From assembly GCA_964372915.1 (NCBI GenBank), contig CAYJRN010000007.1:1-57876 (forward strand): a stretch of DNA of 57,876 bases, read 5' to 3'. Position numbers and translations under genes: made by a program. Every line of letters starts with the position of its first letter. Within the stretch, counting starts at the first letter, position 1. Below the pieces are notes generated by a model. It did no database searches, had not been told where the DNA came from, and was given only the letters and a program-made list of their open reading frames with translations. The stretch is from an uncultured Planctomycetales bacterium. GTDB taxonomy: Bacteria > Omnitrophota > Gorgyraeia > Zapsychrales > JAHFFX01. Positions 28,785 to 38,423 of the stretch are shown one piece after another.

Positions 28785-29570
28785 TTGAGTGTGCTAAAGA
28801 AATATCAAAAGCTGCTGCTTTACCTCGCTATCCTCGTTTTTCCGCTGATCCTCGTATTCTCCGACCAAAATTCATTTACCGCTTTTAAATTCGGCGTCAC
28901 CGACGCGACACTCACTCCTTGGAAGATCATTTCCTGGCCGTTTAAGGAACTTAAGAAGATTCTTTTTTATCATCAAACCCACGAACGATACGAAGCGTTG
29001 AAAAGAGAAATCGGGACTTTAAGATCCCGGTTAATCGGTCACGAAGAGGTCTTGAAGGAAAACAATCGCTATAAAAAATTATTGGGGTTGAAGGGAGCTC
29101 TCGTATTCTCATCGGTTGCGGCAAATTGCGTTGGCCGTGATCCGAGCAGTTGGAATTCGGCGATGATCCTCGATAGAGGCGAAGATTCCGGGATCAAAGT
29201 CGGGATGCCGGTCATGAGCGACTTAGGGGTGGTGGGAAAAATCGCCGAGGTGAGCCGCGGATCGTCCAAGGTGATTCTGGTCAATGATCCAAATTTCAGC
29301 GCCGCGGCGATTGTTCAGCGCAGCCGCGAAAATGGTCTGGTCTCCGGGACCCTTCAAGGGATTTGCCGTTTGCGGTATCTTAATGCGAACGCCGATATAG
29401 CGGCGGGAGATCTTGTGATCACCTCCAAGATGAGTTCTTCGTTCCCCGAAGGGCTTCTGCTCGGGAATGTCATCGGCCAAGAGGAATTAGAAAGCGCGGC
29501 GGGCGAATGGCTGATAGAGCCGGCGGTTGAGCTTTCCCAATTGGAAGAAGTTTTGGTGATATTAAAATGA
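28785..29570 (+). CDS. mreC: rod shape-determining protein MreC
   Basis: N-terminal TM segment, coiled coil (LKREIGTLRSRL...ENNRYKKLL), beta-barrel domains, and position after mreB. Confidence 0.85.
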   Translation: MSVLKKYQKLLLYLAILVFPLILVFSDQNSFTAFKFGVTDATLTPWKIISWPFKELKKILFYHQTHERYEALKREIGTLRSRLIGHEEVLKENNRYKKLLGLKGALVFSSVAANCVGRDPSSWNSAMILDRGEDSGIKVGMPVMSDLGVVGKIAEVSRGSSKVILVNDPNFSAAAIVQRSRENGLVSGTLQGICRLRYLNANADIAAGDLVITSKMSSSFPEGLLLGNVIGQEELESAAGEWLIEPAVELSQLEEVLVILK

Positions 29571-29592
29571 GGGGTCGGGGAGTTTTTCATTG

Positions 29593-30078
29593 ATGCGCAG
29601 AGTCATCTTTCTTTTTCTCATCACCTTTCTTTTCTTTTTCGCGGAATTCATTGTGTTTAACGTGGCCGGACGCCTGTTTAAACCCGACCTTTTGATTCTG
29701 CCCGTTATTTATTTCAACCTGACTTGGGGAATTCGTTACAGCCTTGTGTGCGCGCTGTTCGCCGGGATTTTGAAGGATAGTTTCGGCACCCACGTTTTTG
29801 GGATGCATCTTTTCGCCTTCATCGCCAGCGCTTATCTTACCACCGTTATCAAAGGTTACTTATTTCATATGGGGTCGAGGACTTTAAGGATTTTTATTGT
29901 CTGCCTGGTAACGATTCTTAATCAATTGATTCTATATGCGCTTAATCCTTTTTACAACGATACGGATGTTTTGAGTCTGCTTAGTTACGTGCTGCTTCCG
30001 CAGGTCTTCATGACCACTTTATTGACCAATTGGATTTTTCATCATCTTAAAAAATGCGTATTAAGATTATCCGTTTGA
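29593..30078 (+). CDS. mreD: rod shape-determining protein MreD
   Basis: About 160-aa polytopic membrane protein between mreC and the PBP2 gene. Confidence 0.75.
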   Translation: MRRVIFLFLITFLFFFAEFIVFNVAGRLFKPDLLILPVIYFNLTWGIRYSLVCALFAGILKDSFGTHVFGMHLFAFIASAYLTTVIKGYLFHMGSRTLRIFIVCLVTILNQLILYALNPFYNDTDVLSLLSYVLLPQVFMTTLLTNWIFHHLKKCVLRLSV

Positions 30079-31769
30079 TAGTCATTGTCCTTTTTTTGGC
30101 GATCGCCTCGGATCTTATTTATGTTCAGATTTTAAAAGGACGATATTATTTTGACTTAAGCCGCAACAACCGCATCCGCGTTGTTCTTCTGGAAGGCAAA
30201 AGAGGGAGGATCCTCGATCGGCAGGGAATCGTTTTGGCTGAGAATCGTCTTTCTTACAACGTTTCCGTCGTTCCCCAGGAGATTGAAGATGAAGACGAGC
30301 TGTTTGATTATCTCGGGGAAACCCTTAAGGAAAACCCTCAAATTCTTAAACGTAAATTCATTGCCCGTCGTTTCGCCCCTTTTGCCCCGGTTATGATCAC
30401 GGAGGACGTTGCGCGAGATACGGCCATAGCGCTTGAGGAGAATAAATTCCGTTTTCCGGGCCTTCTCATCGAGGAGAGTTTTCGCCGATTTTATCCTTTC
30501 TCTTTAGTCAACGCGCACGTTTTAGGTTACGTCGGGAAAATCAATCCATTCGAGATGAATAGATTGAAGGGTTACGGTTACACCACCCAGAACATTGTGG
30601 GAAAATCCGGGGTTGAAGAGTATTACGACAACTTTCTAAGAGGCGAACAGGGAGGATTGCAGATTGAAGTCAACAGCCGCGGTCAGCAGGTCAGAATGCT
30701 GGGTTTCAAGAGCCCTTCGAGCGGAGAGGACATCACGCTCACCATCGATCACCGCATTCAGAAAATTTCCAACGAATTGCTCGCCGGGCGTCCCGGCGCG
30801 GTTGCGGTCATGGATATGAACAATGGAGAGATTCTCGCTATGACAAGCTCTCCATCGTTTGATCCGAACATCTTTGCCCGTCGGACCAAAGAGAGCGAGG
30901 CTGCGTATATTTTTAACAATCCCGCGGCGCCCTTGCTCAACCGTGTCATCGGCGGTCAGTATCCGCCGGGATCGGTTTTCAAGGTCGTTGTGACGATGGC
31001 GGGTTTGGAGACAGGGAAGATCCATCCGAACACCTCCTTCGTCTGCCCTGGCTATTATCAGATCGGAGGCCAGCAATTCCATTGCTCCCACGCCCACGGG
31101 CTGCAGGACCTTACTCAGGCCATAGCCCGCTCTTGTAACGTTTATTTTTTTCACGTCGCAGAAATTTTAGGGGCGGATATTTTGGGAAAGTATGCCAGGA
31201 TTTTTGGATTAGGGTCTCCGACGTATGTTGATTTACCTTATGAAGCCCAGGGTTTTATCCCCAGCCCCTTACATCGAAAACTTTCACGCGGACAAAACTG
31301 GTACAAGGGCGACACTCTTAACTTTTCCATTGGACAAGGAGATGTCTTGGTCACGCCTTTGCAGCTGGTGCATATGCTGTCCATGATTGCGATGGAAGGA
31401 CGCGATGTTCATCCGCATGTGATCAAGACCATCGGCGCTCAACCGGTTCAAAAATATTCCATAAAAAACGGCATCGTCCTTAAAGAAAAGAACCTTCGAG
31501 AGGCCTTGCGGGGTTTACGCGCGGCGGTCAGTGACGATGAAGGAACGGCCCATTTTCTTAACATCAATGGCTTGAGCGTCTCCGGCAAGACCGGGACGGC
31601 CCAAACGTCAGGCAATCGCGATCATCACGCGTGGTTTGTGGGTTTTACCAAAACCCAGAAACAGCAGATTGCCTTTTGCGTCTTTCTGGAATATGGGGGA
31701 AGCAGCCTCAATGCCGTCGAGACTGCGCACGAGCTTTTGTTGCGCATGCAGGCGGAGGACATCCTTTAG
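30054..31769 (+). CDS. mrdA: penicillin-binding protein 2 (elongasome transpeptidase)
   Basis: SVFK (SxxK), SCN (SxN), KTGTAQ (KTG), and an N-terminal TM segment. Confidence 0.9.
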   Translation: MRIKIIRLIVIVLFLAIASDLIYVQILKGRYYFDLSRNNRIRVVLLEGKRGRILDRQGIVLAENRLSYNVSVVPQEIEDEDELFDYLGETLKENPQILKRKFIARRFAPFAPVMITEDVARDTAIALEENKFRFPGLLIEESFRRFYPFSLVNAHVLGYVGKINPFEMNRLKGYGYTTQNIVGKSGVEEYYDNFLRGEQGGLQIEVNSRGQQVRMLGFKSPSSGEDITLTIDHRIQKISNELLAGRPGAVAVMDMNNGEILAMTSSPSFDPNIFARRTKESEAAYIFNNPAAPLLNRVIGGQYPPGSVFKVVVTMAGLETGKIHPNTSFVCPGYYQIGGQQFHCSHAHGLQDLTQAIARSCNVYFFHVAEILGADILGKYARIFGLGSPTYVDLPYEAQGFIPSPLHRKLSRGQNWYKGDTLNFSIGQGDVLVTPLQLVHMLSMIAMEGRDVHPHVIKTIGAQPVQKYSIKNGIVLKEKNLREALRGLRAAVSDDEGTAHFLNINGLSVSGKTGTAQTSGNRDHHAWFVGFTKTQKQQIAFCVFLEYGGSSLNAVETAHELLLRMQAEDIL

Positions 31770-31772
31770 CGT

Positions 31773-32879
31773 ATGAACAAACATTTAAGTCGAACCATTT
31801 GGATTTTTACAATTTTGATTATGGCCTTTGGCCTTTTGTGCCTTTACAGCGCTTCCTTCAATAACCTGCGGGTGAGCAATCAAGTTTTTTATGACCAACT
31901 CATCTTTGCCGGATTTTCTTTGAGTCTCATGTTTTTTTTGAGCCGTGTCGACTATCGAAAATTTTATGATGTGGCCTACATTTTGTTTGTCGTCAATGTC
32001 ATCCTTTTGGTCGCGGTTCACTTAGGCGGCCGCTATGCCCTCGGTGCCCGACGATGGATCGAGCTCGGCGGTTTAAGCTTTCAGCCATCCGAGTTGAGCA
32101 AATTGTCCGTTATCCTAATGTTGGGACGCTACTTGAGCAGCCGTTATCCATCGCTGTCTTTCGATCTGCGCAGTTCATTCTACGGGCTTTGGCGTAATCT
32201 CATTCTTCCATTTTTTTTGGTCTCTTTGCCGATTCTGCTTATTTTCAAACAGCCGGATTTGGGAACCGCCGTTCTTTTATTCGGGATTTTTCTTGTCATG
32301 CTTTTTGTCAGCGGCTTGGAGTATAAAATCGTTGGGAGTTTTGTCTTGGTGATTTTAGGTCTGCTCCCTTTTCTTTGGCACGTGATGAAACCTTATCAGC
32401 GGGATCGCCTGCTGGTTTTTTTGAACCCTAACCTTGACCCTTTAGGCGCGGGATATACCATTATCCAATCTAAGATTGCCGTTGGATCCGGGGGGCTCCT
32501 CGGCAAGGGGTGGTTATCGGGAACCCAGAACCAGCTGAACTTCCTGCCGGAACGGCACACCGACTTCATTTTTTCCGTAGTAGGAGAAGAGTGGGGATTG
32601 ATCGGCGCCATGGCCTTGATGTATTGTTTCTTTAAACTGATCTCTAGCGGCCTTGCCATCGCCGAACAGATCAAAGACCCCTTTGGAACGCTGGTAGCGT
32701 CCGGTATTGCCGGCATCCTTAGCCTCCAAGTCATCATCAATACGGGGATGGTTTTGGGGCTTTGTCCGGTTGTGGGCATTACGCTTCCCTTTATCAGCTA
32801 TGGCAGGACATCCTTCCTGATCTTTGCCGTCATGATGGGGTTTCTACTCTCCTTAAGTCGCAGAAGAATAATATTTTAA
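31773..32879 (+). CDS. rodA: SEDS-family peptidoglycan polymerase RodA
   Basis: FQPSELSKL, PERHTDFIFSVVGEEWGL, PFISYGRTS. Confidence 0.9.
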   Translation: MNKHLSRTIWIFTILIMAFGLLCLYSASFNNLRVSNQVFYDQLIFAGFSLSLMFFLSRVDYRKFYDVAYILFVVNVILLVAVHLGGRYALGARRWIELGGLSFQPSELSKLSVILMLGRYLSSRYPSLSFDLRSSFYGLWRNLILPFFLVSLPILLIFKQPDLGTAVLLFGIFLVMLFVSGLEYKIVGSFVLVILGLLPFLWHVMKPYQRDRLLVFLNPNLDPLGAGYTIIQSKIAVGSGGLLGKGWLSGTQNQLNFLPERHTDFIFSVVGEEWGLIGAMALMYCFFKLISSGLAIAEQIKDPFGTLVASGIAGILSLQVIINTGMVLGLCPVVGITLPFISYGRTSFLIFAVMMGFLLSLSRRRIIF

Positions 32880-32959
32880 TATAGAATTATCTATATTATA
32901 TTTGTCGGGAGGATGTAACTGTAGTAAGATACCTCTAATCTTATTTATAAATCGGGAGA

Positions 32960-34399
32960 ATGAAAGCGATGAAAACCATTATGAAAAATAAATTCTTTTC
33001 CAGCAAAGGACTAAGGACGGAGATGTTTATTGTTGTGGGCCTTATTTCGCTCATCATGCTGGGTTTTGCGGGCTATCTTTTTCCGGGCGTATTCTCATTT
33101 TTTGAGCGGTCTTCTTTGCCGTGGACGGTCATCATCAGCGTGCTTTTTTGGGGGATTATCTTCGTTATTCTCTGGCAGATCGTCGATCCGATCATCAAGC
33201 TCAGCCGGGAAGTGAAAAAAATTGCCAATGGAGATTTTAATCGGGAAATCGAGCTTTTTAGAGAAGATGAGATTGGGCAATTGGGAGAGGCCATCAACCG
33301 GATGACCCATCGGATCAAAGAAAATGTGGAGGAACTACAGAATTTCAGCAAAACAACCGAACAAATTAATACCGAAATCAACAAGCGGATTCTTATGCTT
33401 TCCCATATGCTGCAGATCAGCAACTTGATTGCGCAAAACGGTCCGTTCAAAGAGATTATTGACGTGGGGGTGGGCAAATGTCTCACCTCCGGGGTGATGA
33501 ATTTTGCCTGCCTTATCCTCAAAGATTCTGAAACCAGCGAGTTCCAAGTTCGGTTTATCGGCGGCGCCAGAGTCGAAGAATTGACGGAGAAAGGGGTCCA
33601 ATCGATTAAAGTCAAGGTGGGCGAAGGATTAATGGGCAAAGCCCTTCTTAAACAGGCCCCCATTGTTATTGATAAAGAAACGAACGCCAACGCCGAGATC
33701 GCGCAATTTCGGTCACTGTTTTCCGTCATCAACGCCATAATCGTTCCGGTCACGTCCAAAGGGAATGTTTATGGTTTGCTTATGGCGGGCAATGATACCA
33801 AGGATTTTGTTTTCATGAAAATGGACCACGAACTTGTGCAGGTCGTGGCCCGGCAAATCACAATCGCCAATACCAATGAACTTCTGCAAAAAGAGGTAGA
33901 GAAGCTGGAAGTGAAAGACAGGCTTACCGATCTTTTTAATCAGACCTATATACGCAGTTTTCTGAACGAAGAGATCAAGAAGGCTATGAATTTTCAGCGT
34001 CCATGTTCTTTGCTGCTTCTTACCATCGACCGTTTCGATGTGTTTCACGATACCTACGGACATATTGCGGTGGAAAATGTTCTTATCAAGATCGGATCGG
34101 TCCTTAAAGAAAACTTAAGCGCGGCGGATAAATCGGCTCGCTCCGACGATCATGAATTTGCTGTCATCTTACTGGAAAAGAATAAACGCCAATCCATCGC
34201 GGTGGCGGATTCCCTCCGAAAGAAAATCGAAGAAGTCTTTGTTCATGAAAAGGATTCCAACAAGAGGTTAACCTGCACCGGGGCCGTCACCGAGAACCCG
34301 ATTGATGGTGTCTCCGCCGATGAATTGATCGAAAAAGCACGGGAAATTCTTAAGGACGCGAAAAAGGGGGGCGGCAACCGCATTTGTTACAAGATATAA
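32960..34399 (+). CDS. HAMP-GAF-GGDEF domain protein with a degenerate active site (DDHEF)
   Basis: Two TM segments, a HAMP domain (SREVKKIANGDFNREIE), a GAF-like middle region, and a C-terminal GGDEF fold. In the GGDEF fold, GGDEF is replaced by DDHEF, TGLxNR by TDLFNQ, GD by VE, and no RxxD I-site is present. Confidence 0.75.
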   Translation: MKAMKTIMKNKFFSSKGLRTEMFIVVGLISLIMLGFAGYLFPGVFSFFERSSLPWTVIISVLFWGIIFVILWQIVDPIIKLSREVKKIANGDFNREIELFREDEIGQLGEAINRMTHRIKENVEELQNFSKTTEQINTEINKRILMLSHMLQISNLIAQNGPFKEIIDVGVGKCLTSGVMNFACLILKDSETSEFQVRFIGGARVEELTEKGVQSIKVKVGEGLMGKALLKQAPIVIDKETNANAEIAQFRSLFSVINAIIVPVTSKGNVYGLLMAGNDTKDFVFMKMDHELVQVVARQITIANTNELLQKEVEKLEVKDRLTDLFNQTYIRSFLNEEIKKAMNFQRPCSLLLLTIDRFDVFHDTYGHIAVENVLIKIGSVLKENLSAADKSARSDDHEFAVILLEKNKRQSIAVADSLRKKIEEVFVHEKDSNKRLTCTGAVTENPIDGVSADELIEKAREILKDAKKGGGNRICYKI

Positions 34400-34421
34400 G
34401 AGCTGGCCGTGAGATTCAAAC

Positions 34422-34871
34422 ATGAAGCATTTTAAGAAAGCCACCAACAAACGTCTGGGAGAATTGTTGATTGAACGAGGTACCATCAATCAGGATCAAC
34501 TGGAAATGGCGCTGGCCTATCAGAAGGAAAAAGGCGGCCTTTTCGGGGAGGTTCTGGTGATCTTAAAGTTTGCATCCGAGGAAGATATTGCCCGGGCCCT
34601 CACATCCCAATACGGGTTTCCTTATCTTCCCTTGTCCAGTTATGAGGTCGACCAGGATGTCATCAATACAGTTCCCGAAAACGTCTGCCGACAATTTTGT
34701 CTTGTCCCGATCGATAAAATCGGCAAAAGCTTGACCCTGGCGATGGCCGATCCTTTGAATGTCCAAGCGGTGGAGGATGTGGAATTGATTACGGGCTGTG
34801 TCGTACAAACCTTCGTCAGCACTAGCACCGATATAAAAAATACCGTTAATAAATATTACAAGCATAAATAA
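34422..34871 (+). CDS. stand-alone T2SSE_N / MshEN-type domain protein
   Basis: 149 aa. RLGELLIERGTINQDQLEMALAYQ, then KEKGG, then LFGEVLVILKFASEEDIARALTSQ match two tandem 24-aa MshEN motifs with a 5-aa spacer. The rest resembles the GspE/PilB N-terminal domain (LTLAMADPLN). Confidence 0.8.
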   Translation: MKHFKKATNKRLGELLIERGTINQDQLEMALAYQKEKGGLFGEVLVILKFASEEDIARALTSQYGFPYLPLSSYEVDQDVINTVPENVCRQFCLVPIDKIGKSLTLAMADPLNVQAVEDVELITGCVVQTFVSTSTDIKNTVNKYYKHK

Positions 34872-36619
34872 TGTTTCCCCTTAAGGATCGCCTCAAAGAG
34901 ATTCTTATCCGCGACAACATCCTTAAGCCCGAGGATTTGGAACGGGCCCTTGAGGAGCAGAAAAAATCCGGGGGGGAGCTCAGTAAGATTCTTGTCAGAC
35001 TTAAGCTCATCAATGAAGATGATCTCGCGCTTCTTCTCCCCGAAAGTTTAGAGTTGCCGCTTATCGACATTTCGCGTCTGAAGATTGATCCCGCCGTCAT
35101 CAAAATCATTTCTCAAGAAGCGGCTCAGAAATACCAAATCATTCCCATTTCCAAGATCGGCGATCAGTTGACCCTTGCGATGGCGGATCCTTTGAATATC
35201 TTTGCCATTGACAATGTCGTTGCCTTGACGGGATTGAAGATCACTCCCATCATCAGCCGTTCTCGCGATATCCAACGCGCGATCCAGGCGTATTATCCTG
35301 TGCCTTCCGCAGGCCATGCCGAAAAATTCGAAGAGATCATGAAGGATATCAAGGAAACCGAAGAGATGGAGCTCATCAAGGAGACTGGAGAGATGGATAA
35401 GGCCTCCATCGAGACCTTGAGCCAGGAAGCCCCCATCATGAAACTCACGGATGTCATCATTAGACAGGCCGTCGCGGCGAAAGCGAGCGACGTGTTCATC
35501 GAGCCCTTGGAAAAGACTTTGCGCATCCGTTACCGGATTGACGGGATTATCCGCGAGATCGATCAGATGTCGAAGATTTTGCATTTTCCAATCATCTCCC
35601 GCATCAAGGTGATATCGAGTTTGGATATTTCCGAACACCGTCTTCCCCAGGACGGCCGGTTCAAGACGATCTTAGAAGGTAATAAAGAGGTCGATTTTCG
35701 GGTCAGCGTCTTGCCTACGATCCTTGGAGAGAAAGCGGTGTTAAGATTGCTCGACAAGAATACGGGGATGGTGGACATTGAAAAGTTGGGGTTCCCTGTC
35801 GATTCTTTGGAGCGTTTGAAAGAAGCCTCGCAGCGGCCTCACGGGATGATCCTCACCTGTGGTCCAACGGGTTCAGGAAAGACAACAACTCTTTATTCGA
35901 TTCTTAAGTATATTGATTCTCCCGGCAGGAATATCGTGACTGTTGAGGACCCGGTCGAATTCCAGATGAAGGGAATTAATCAAGTGAACGTCAAGCCCAG
36001 TGCGGGGCTTTCGTTTGCGGCCGCGCTTCGTTCGATTTTACGTCAGGATCCCGACGTTATTCTCATTGGCGAAATCCGCGATGGGGAGACGCTCGATATC
36101 GCCGTCAAGGCGGCATTGACCGGTCATCTGGTTCTTAGTTCCCTGCATACGACTACCGCCGCCGGATCAATCGTGCGCATGATGAACATGGGGATTGAGG
36201 CGTTTCTTATCTGTTCTTCGGTCAACGCCATTGTTGCCCAGCGGCTTTTAAGGAAACTCTGTTCCTACTGCAAAGAGTCGTATGCGCTTGATAAGGATGC
36301 TTGTGAGAAATTGGGAATCAGGAAAGCCGGTGCCCACGCAGAATTAAAAATTTTCCGACCTAAAGGCTGCAAGCAATGTTTCAATACCGGATATAGCGGA
36401 CGCGTGGGGATTACCGAGATTCTGATTCTCACCTCCAATGTGAAAGAGCTTATCCTTTCGGGCGCTAGTGAGTTTAAAATCAAAGACACCGGTCGTCAGG
36501 AGGGGATGACGACCATGCGCGAGGACGGATTATCCAAAGCCGTCGCGGGGTTGACGTCGCTTGAGGAGGTCTTGAGGGTGACGGCCGCCGATGAAAAGAT
36601 CATAAAGAGCCATGAGTGA
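34871..36619 (+). CDS. pilB: type IV pilus assembly ATPase PilB/GspE family, paralog 1
   Basis: T2SSE_N domain, Walker A GPTGSGKTTT, Asp/His boxes, and a tetracysteine motif CSYC...CKQC. The start overlaps the upstream stop (TAATG). Confidence 0.9.
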   Translation: MFPLKDRLKEILIRDNILKPEDLERALEEQKKSGGELSKILVRLKLINEDDLALLLPESLELPLIDISRLKIDPAVIKIISQEAAQKYQIIPISKIGDQLTLAMADPLNIFAIDNVVALTGLKITPIISRSRDIQRAIQAYYPVPSAGHAEKFEEIMKDIKETEEMELIKETGEMDKASIETLSQEAPIMKLTDVIIRQAVAAKASDVFIEPLEKTLRIRYRIDGIIREIDQMSKILHFPIISRIKVISSLDISEHRLPQDGRFKTILEGNKEVDFRVSVLPTILGEKAVLRLLDKNTGMVDIEKLGFPVDSLERLKEASQRPHGMILTCGPTGSGKTTTLYSILKYIDSPGRNIVTVEDPVEFQMKGINQVNVKPSAGLSFAAALRSILRQDPDVILIGEIRDGETLDIAVKAALTGHLVLSSLHTTTAAGSIVRMMNMGIEAFLICSSVNAIVAQRLLRKLCSYCKESYALDKDACEKLGIRKAGAHAELKIFRPKGCKQCFNTGYSGRVGITEILILTSNVKELILSGASEFKIKDTGRQEGMTTMREDGLSKAVAGLTSLEEVLRVTAADEKIIKSHE

Positions 36620-38315
36620 AACTCTTAAGGAAAAGATCCTGAAGGCCCTTGTTGAGCAAAAACGCCTCAACCAGGCGGAGCTGGATAGTATCTTGGATTT
36701 GCAGAAATCGAGGAAGATGAGTCTTGATAAAATCCTCATCGAAAAAGGGCTTATCAGCGAGAAAGAACTTTTAGTCTTTCTGGTCAAAGAGCTCCATATC
36801 CCGTCTATCAATCTTAGCAAGTATAAAATTGACCCCAGCCTTAAAGATATTATTCCCGAACGCATCGCCAGGCAATATCGCATGATCCCCTTTTCCAAGT
36901 TAGGGAGTACCGTTACTGTTGCCCTTTCCAATCCTTTGAACATTTTCGCCATCGATGATCTCAAGAATATCACGGGAAAAGATATCGATGTCATCATGAG
37001 CACTGACACCGAGATTATGAAGGCCATCGATGCCTATTACGGGACACAAGGCACGGCGAGTGTCACCGATATCAGGAAGGATATTTCGGTCAAGGATATG
37101 GAAATTCTTTTAGAACAGGACAAGGAGGTGGAGGAAGTCGCGGAAGAAGGCAACCGGGCCCCCATTATCCGCATGGTGGATCTGGTCATTAAAGAAGCCC
37201 TTAAGCAACGCGCTTCCGATATTCATATGGAACCGACCACCGAGGCGATGCGGGTCCGTTATCGTATCGACGGGCTTTTGCAGGATATTCTTGATATCCC
37301 CCGAGAGAATATGGGGGCCGTCACGGCGCGTATCAAAATTATGTCGAGGCTGGATATCACCGTCAACCGTCTTCCTCAGGACGGACGTTTCAAGGTGCGT
37401 ACCTCCCACCAAGAAGTCGATTTTCGTGTGTCGCTTTTACCGACCATCTTCGGACAGAAAATCGTCTTGAGAGTCTTGGATAAGAAAAATTTACGGATCG
37501 GGCTCGAGGGTTTGGGATTTTCTAAAAAAAATTTTGAACTTCTCAAAAGGGGAATCGCTAAACCCTTCGGAATGATCTTGGTGACCGGCCCCACCGGGAG
37601 CGGAAAGTCCACGACCCTTTATTCCATCATCAACCAGTTAAATTCCGTTGACAGGAATATCATCACTATCGAAGATCCGGTTGAGTATCTAGTTGACGGA
37701 CTGACCCAGATCCAGGCGCGGCCCGAGATTGGTCTCACGTTCGCCTCTGGATTAAGGGCGATCTTGCGCCAAAGCCCGGATATTGTTATGGTCGGTGAAA
37801 TTCGCGATAACGAAACGGCCGATATCGCGATCAAGGCTTCTCTGACGGGTCAGTTGGTCTTATCGACTTTGCACACCAATGATGCCACTGGTGCGCTTAC
37901 GCGCCTGGTGGATATGGAAGTCGAGCCGTTCCTGGCCGCATCCAGCCTGATCATGGTTTGCGCCCAGCGTTTGTGTCGTCTCATTTGTCCCAACTGCAAA
38001 GAGCCCACGGAAATCTCCGAAAAAGTCTTGAAAGAATTAGGGCTCAAGGCCAAACCCTCGACCTTTTATCACGGCAAGGGATGTAAGACGTGCCGTCAAT
38101 CGGGATGTTTAGGCAGGACCGTTATTTCTGAAATTTTAGATGTGGATGATGAAATACGTGAGATGCTGATCAAGGGTACGGCCGCTGACCAGATTAGAGG
38201 TTATGCCATCAAGGAAAAGAGCATGACGTTGCTTTGGGACGATGCGCTCGAAAAGTTTAAAGGCGGATTGATTTCGGTGGAAGAGGTCTTGAGGGTTGTA
38301 TCGAAAGAGGAATGA
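36612..38315 (+). CDS. type IV pilus/T2SS ATPase PilB/GspE family, paralog 2
   Basis: Walker A GPTGSGKSTT and CPNC...CKTC. Has an 8-nt overlap with paralog 1. Confidence 0.9.
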   Translation: MSETLKEKILKALVEQKRLNQAELDSILDLQKSRKMSLDKILIEKGLISEKELLVFLVKELHIPSINLSKYKIDPSLKDIIPERIARQYRMIPFSKLGSTVTVALSNPLNIFAIDDLKNITGKDIDVIMSTDTEIMKAIDAYYGTQGTASVTDIRKDISVKDMEILLEQDKEVEEVAEEGNRAPIIRMVDLVIKEALKQRASDIHMEPTTEAMRVRYRIDGLLQDILDIPRENMGAVTARIKIMSRLDITVNRLPQDGRFKVRTSHQEVDFRVSLLPTIFGQKIVLRVLDKKNLRIGLEGLGFSKKNFELLKRGIAKPFGMILVTGPTGSGKSTTLYSIINQLNSVDRNIITIEDPVEYLVDGLTQIQARPEIGLTFASGLRAILRQSPDIVMVGEIRDNETADIAIKASLTGQLVLSTLHTNDATGALTRLVDMEVEPFLAASSLIMVCAQRLCRLICPNCKEPTEISEKVLKELGLKAKPSTFYHGKGCKTCRQSGCLGRTVISEILDVDDEIREMLIKGTAADQIRGYAIKEKSMTLLWDDALEKFKGGLISVEEVLRVVSKEE

Positions 38316-38423
38316 GCATGGGAAGTCTTCGCTTATTGAAAGGTCTAGGGCGAATCAATTTTTTTTGTGAATTCGTTTTGTGATTGAAAAATTTTGTCAT
38401 AGAATGAAGGCAAAGGAACGCCT

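Noticed and set aside
33073-33759. Long minus-strand ORFs (this 228-aa one, plus 38553-39254, 35048-35638, 4482-4964, 30636-31154 and others)
   Set aside because: Each lies entirely antisense to a + strand gene with clear family motifs (GGDEF protein, PilC, PilB, PBP2 and so on). Their translations are low-complexity or Arg/Ser/Leu-rich with no recognisable motifs. They are typical shadow ORFs.
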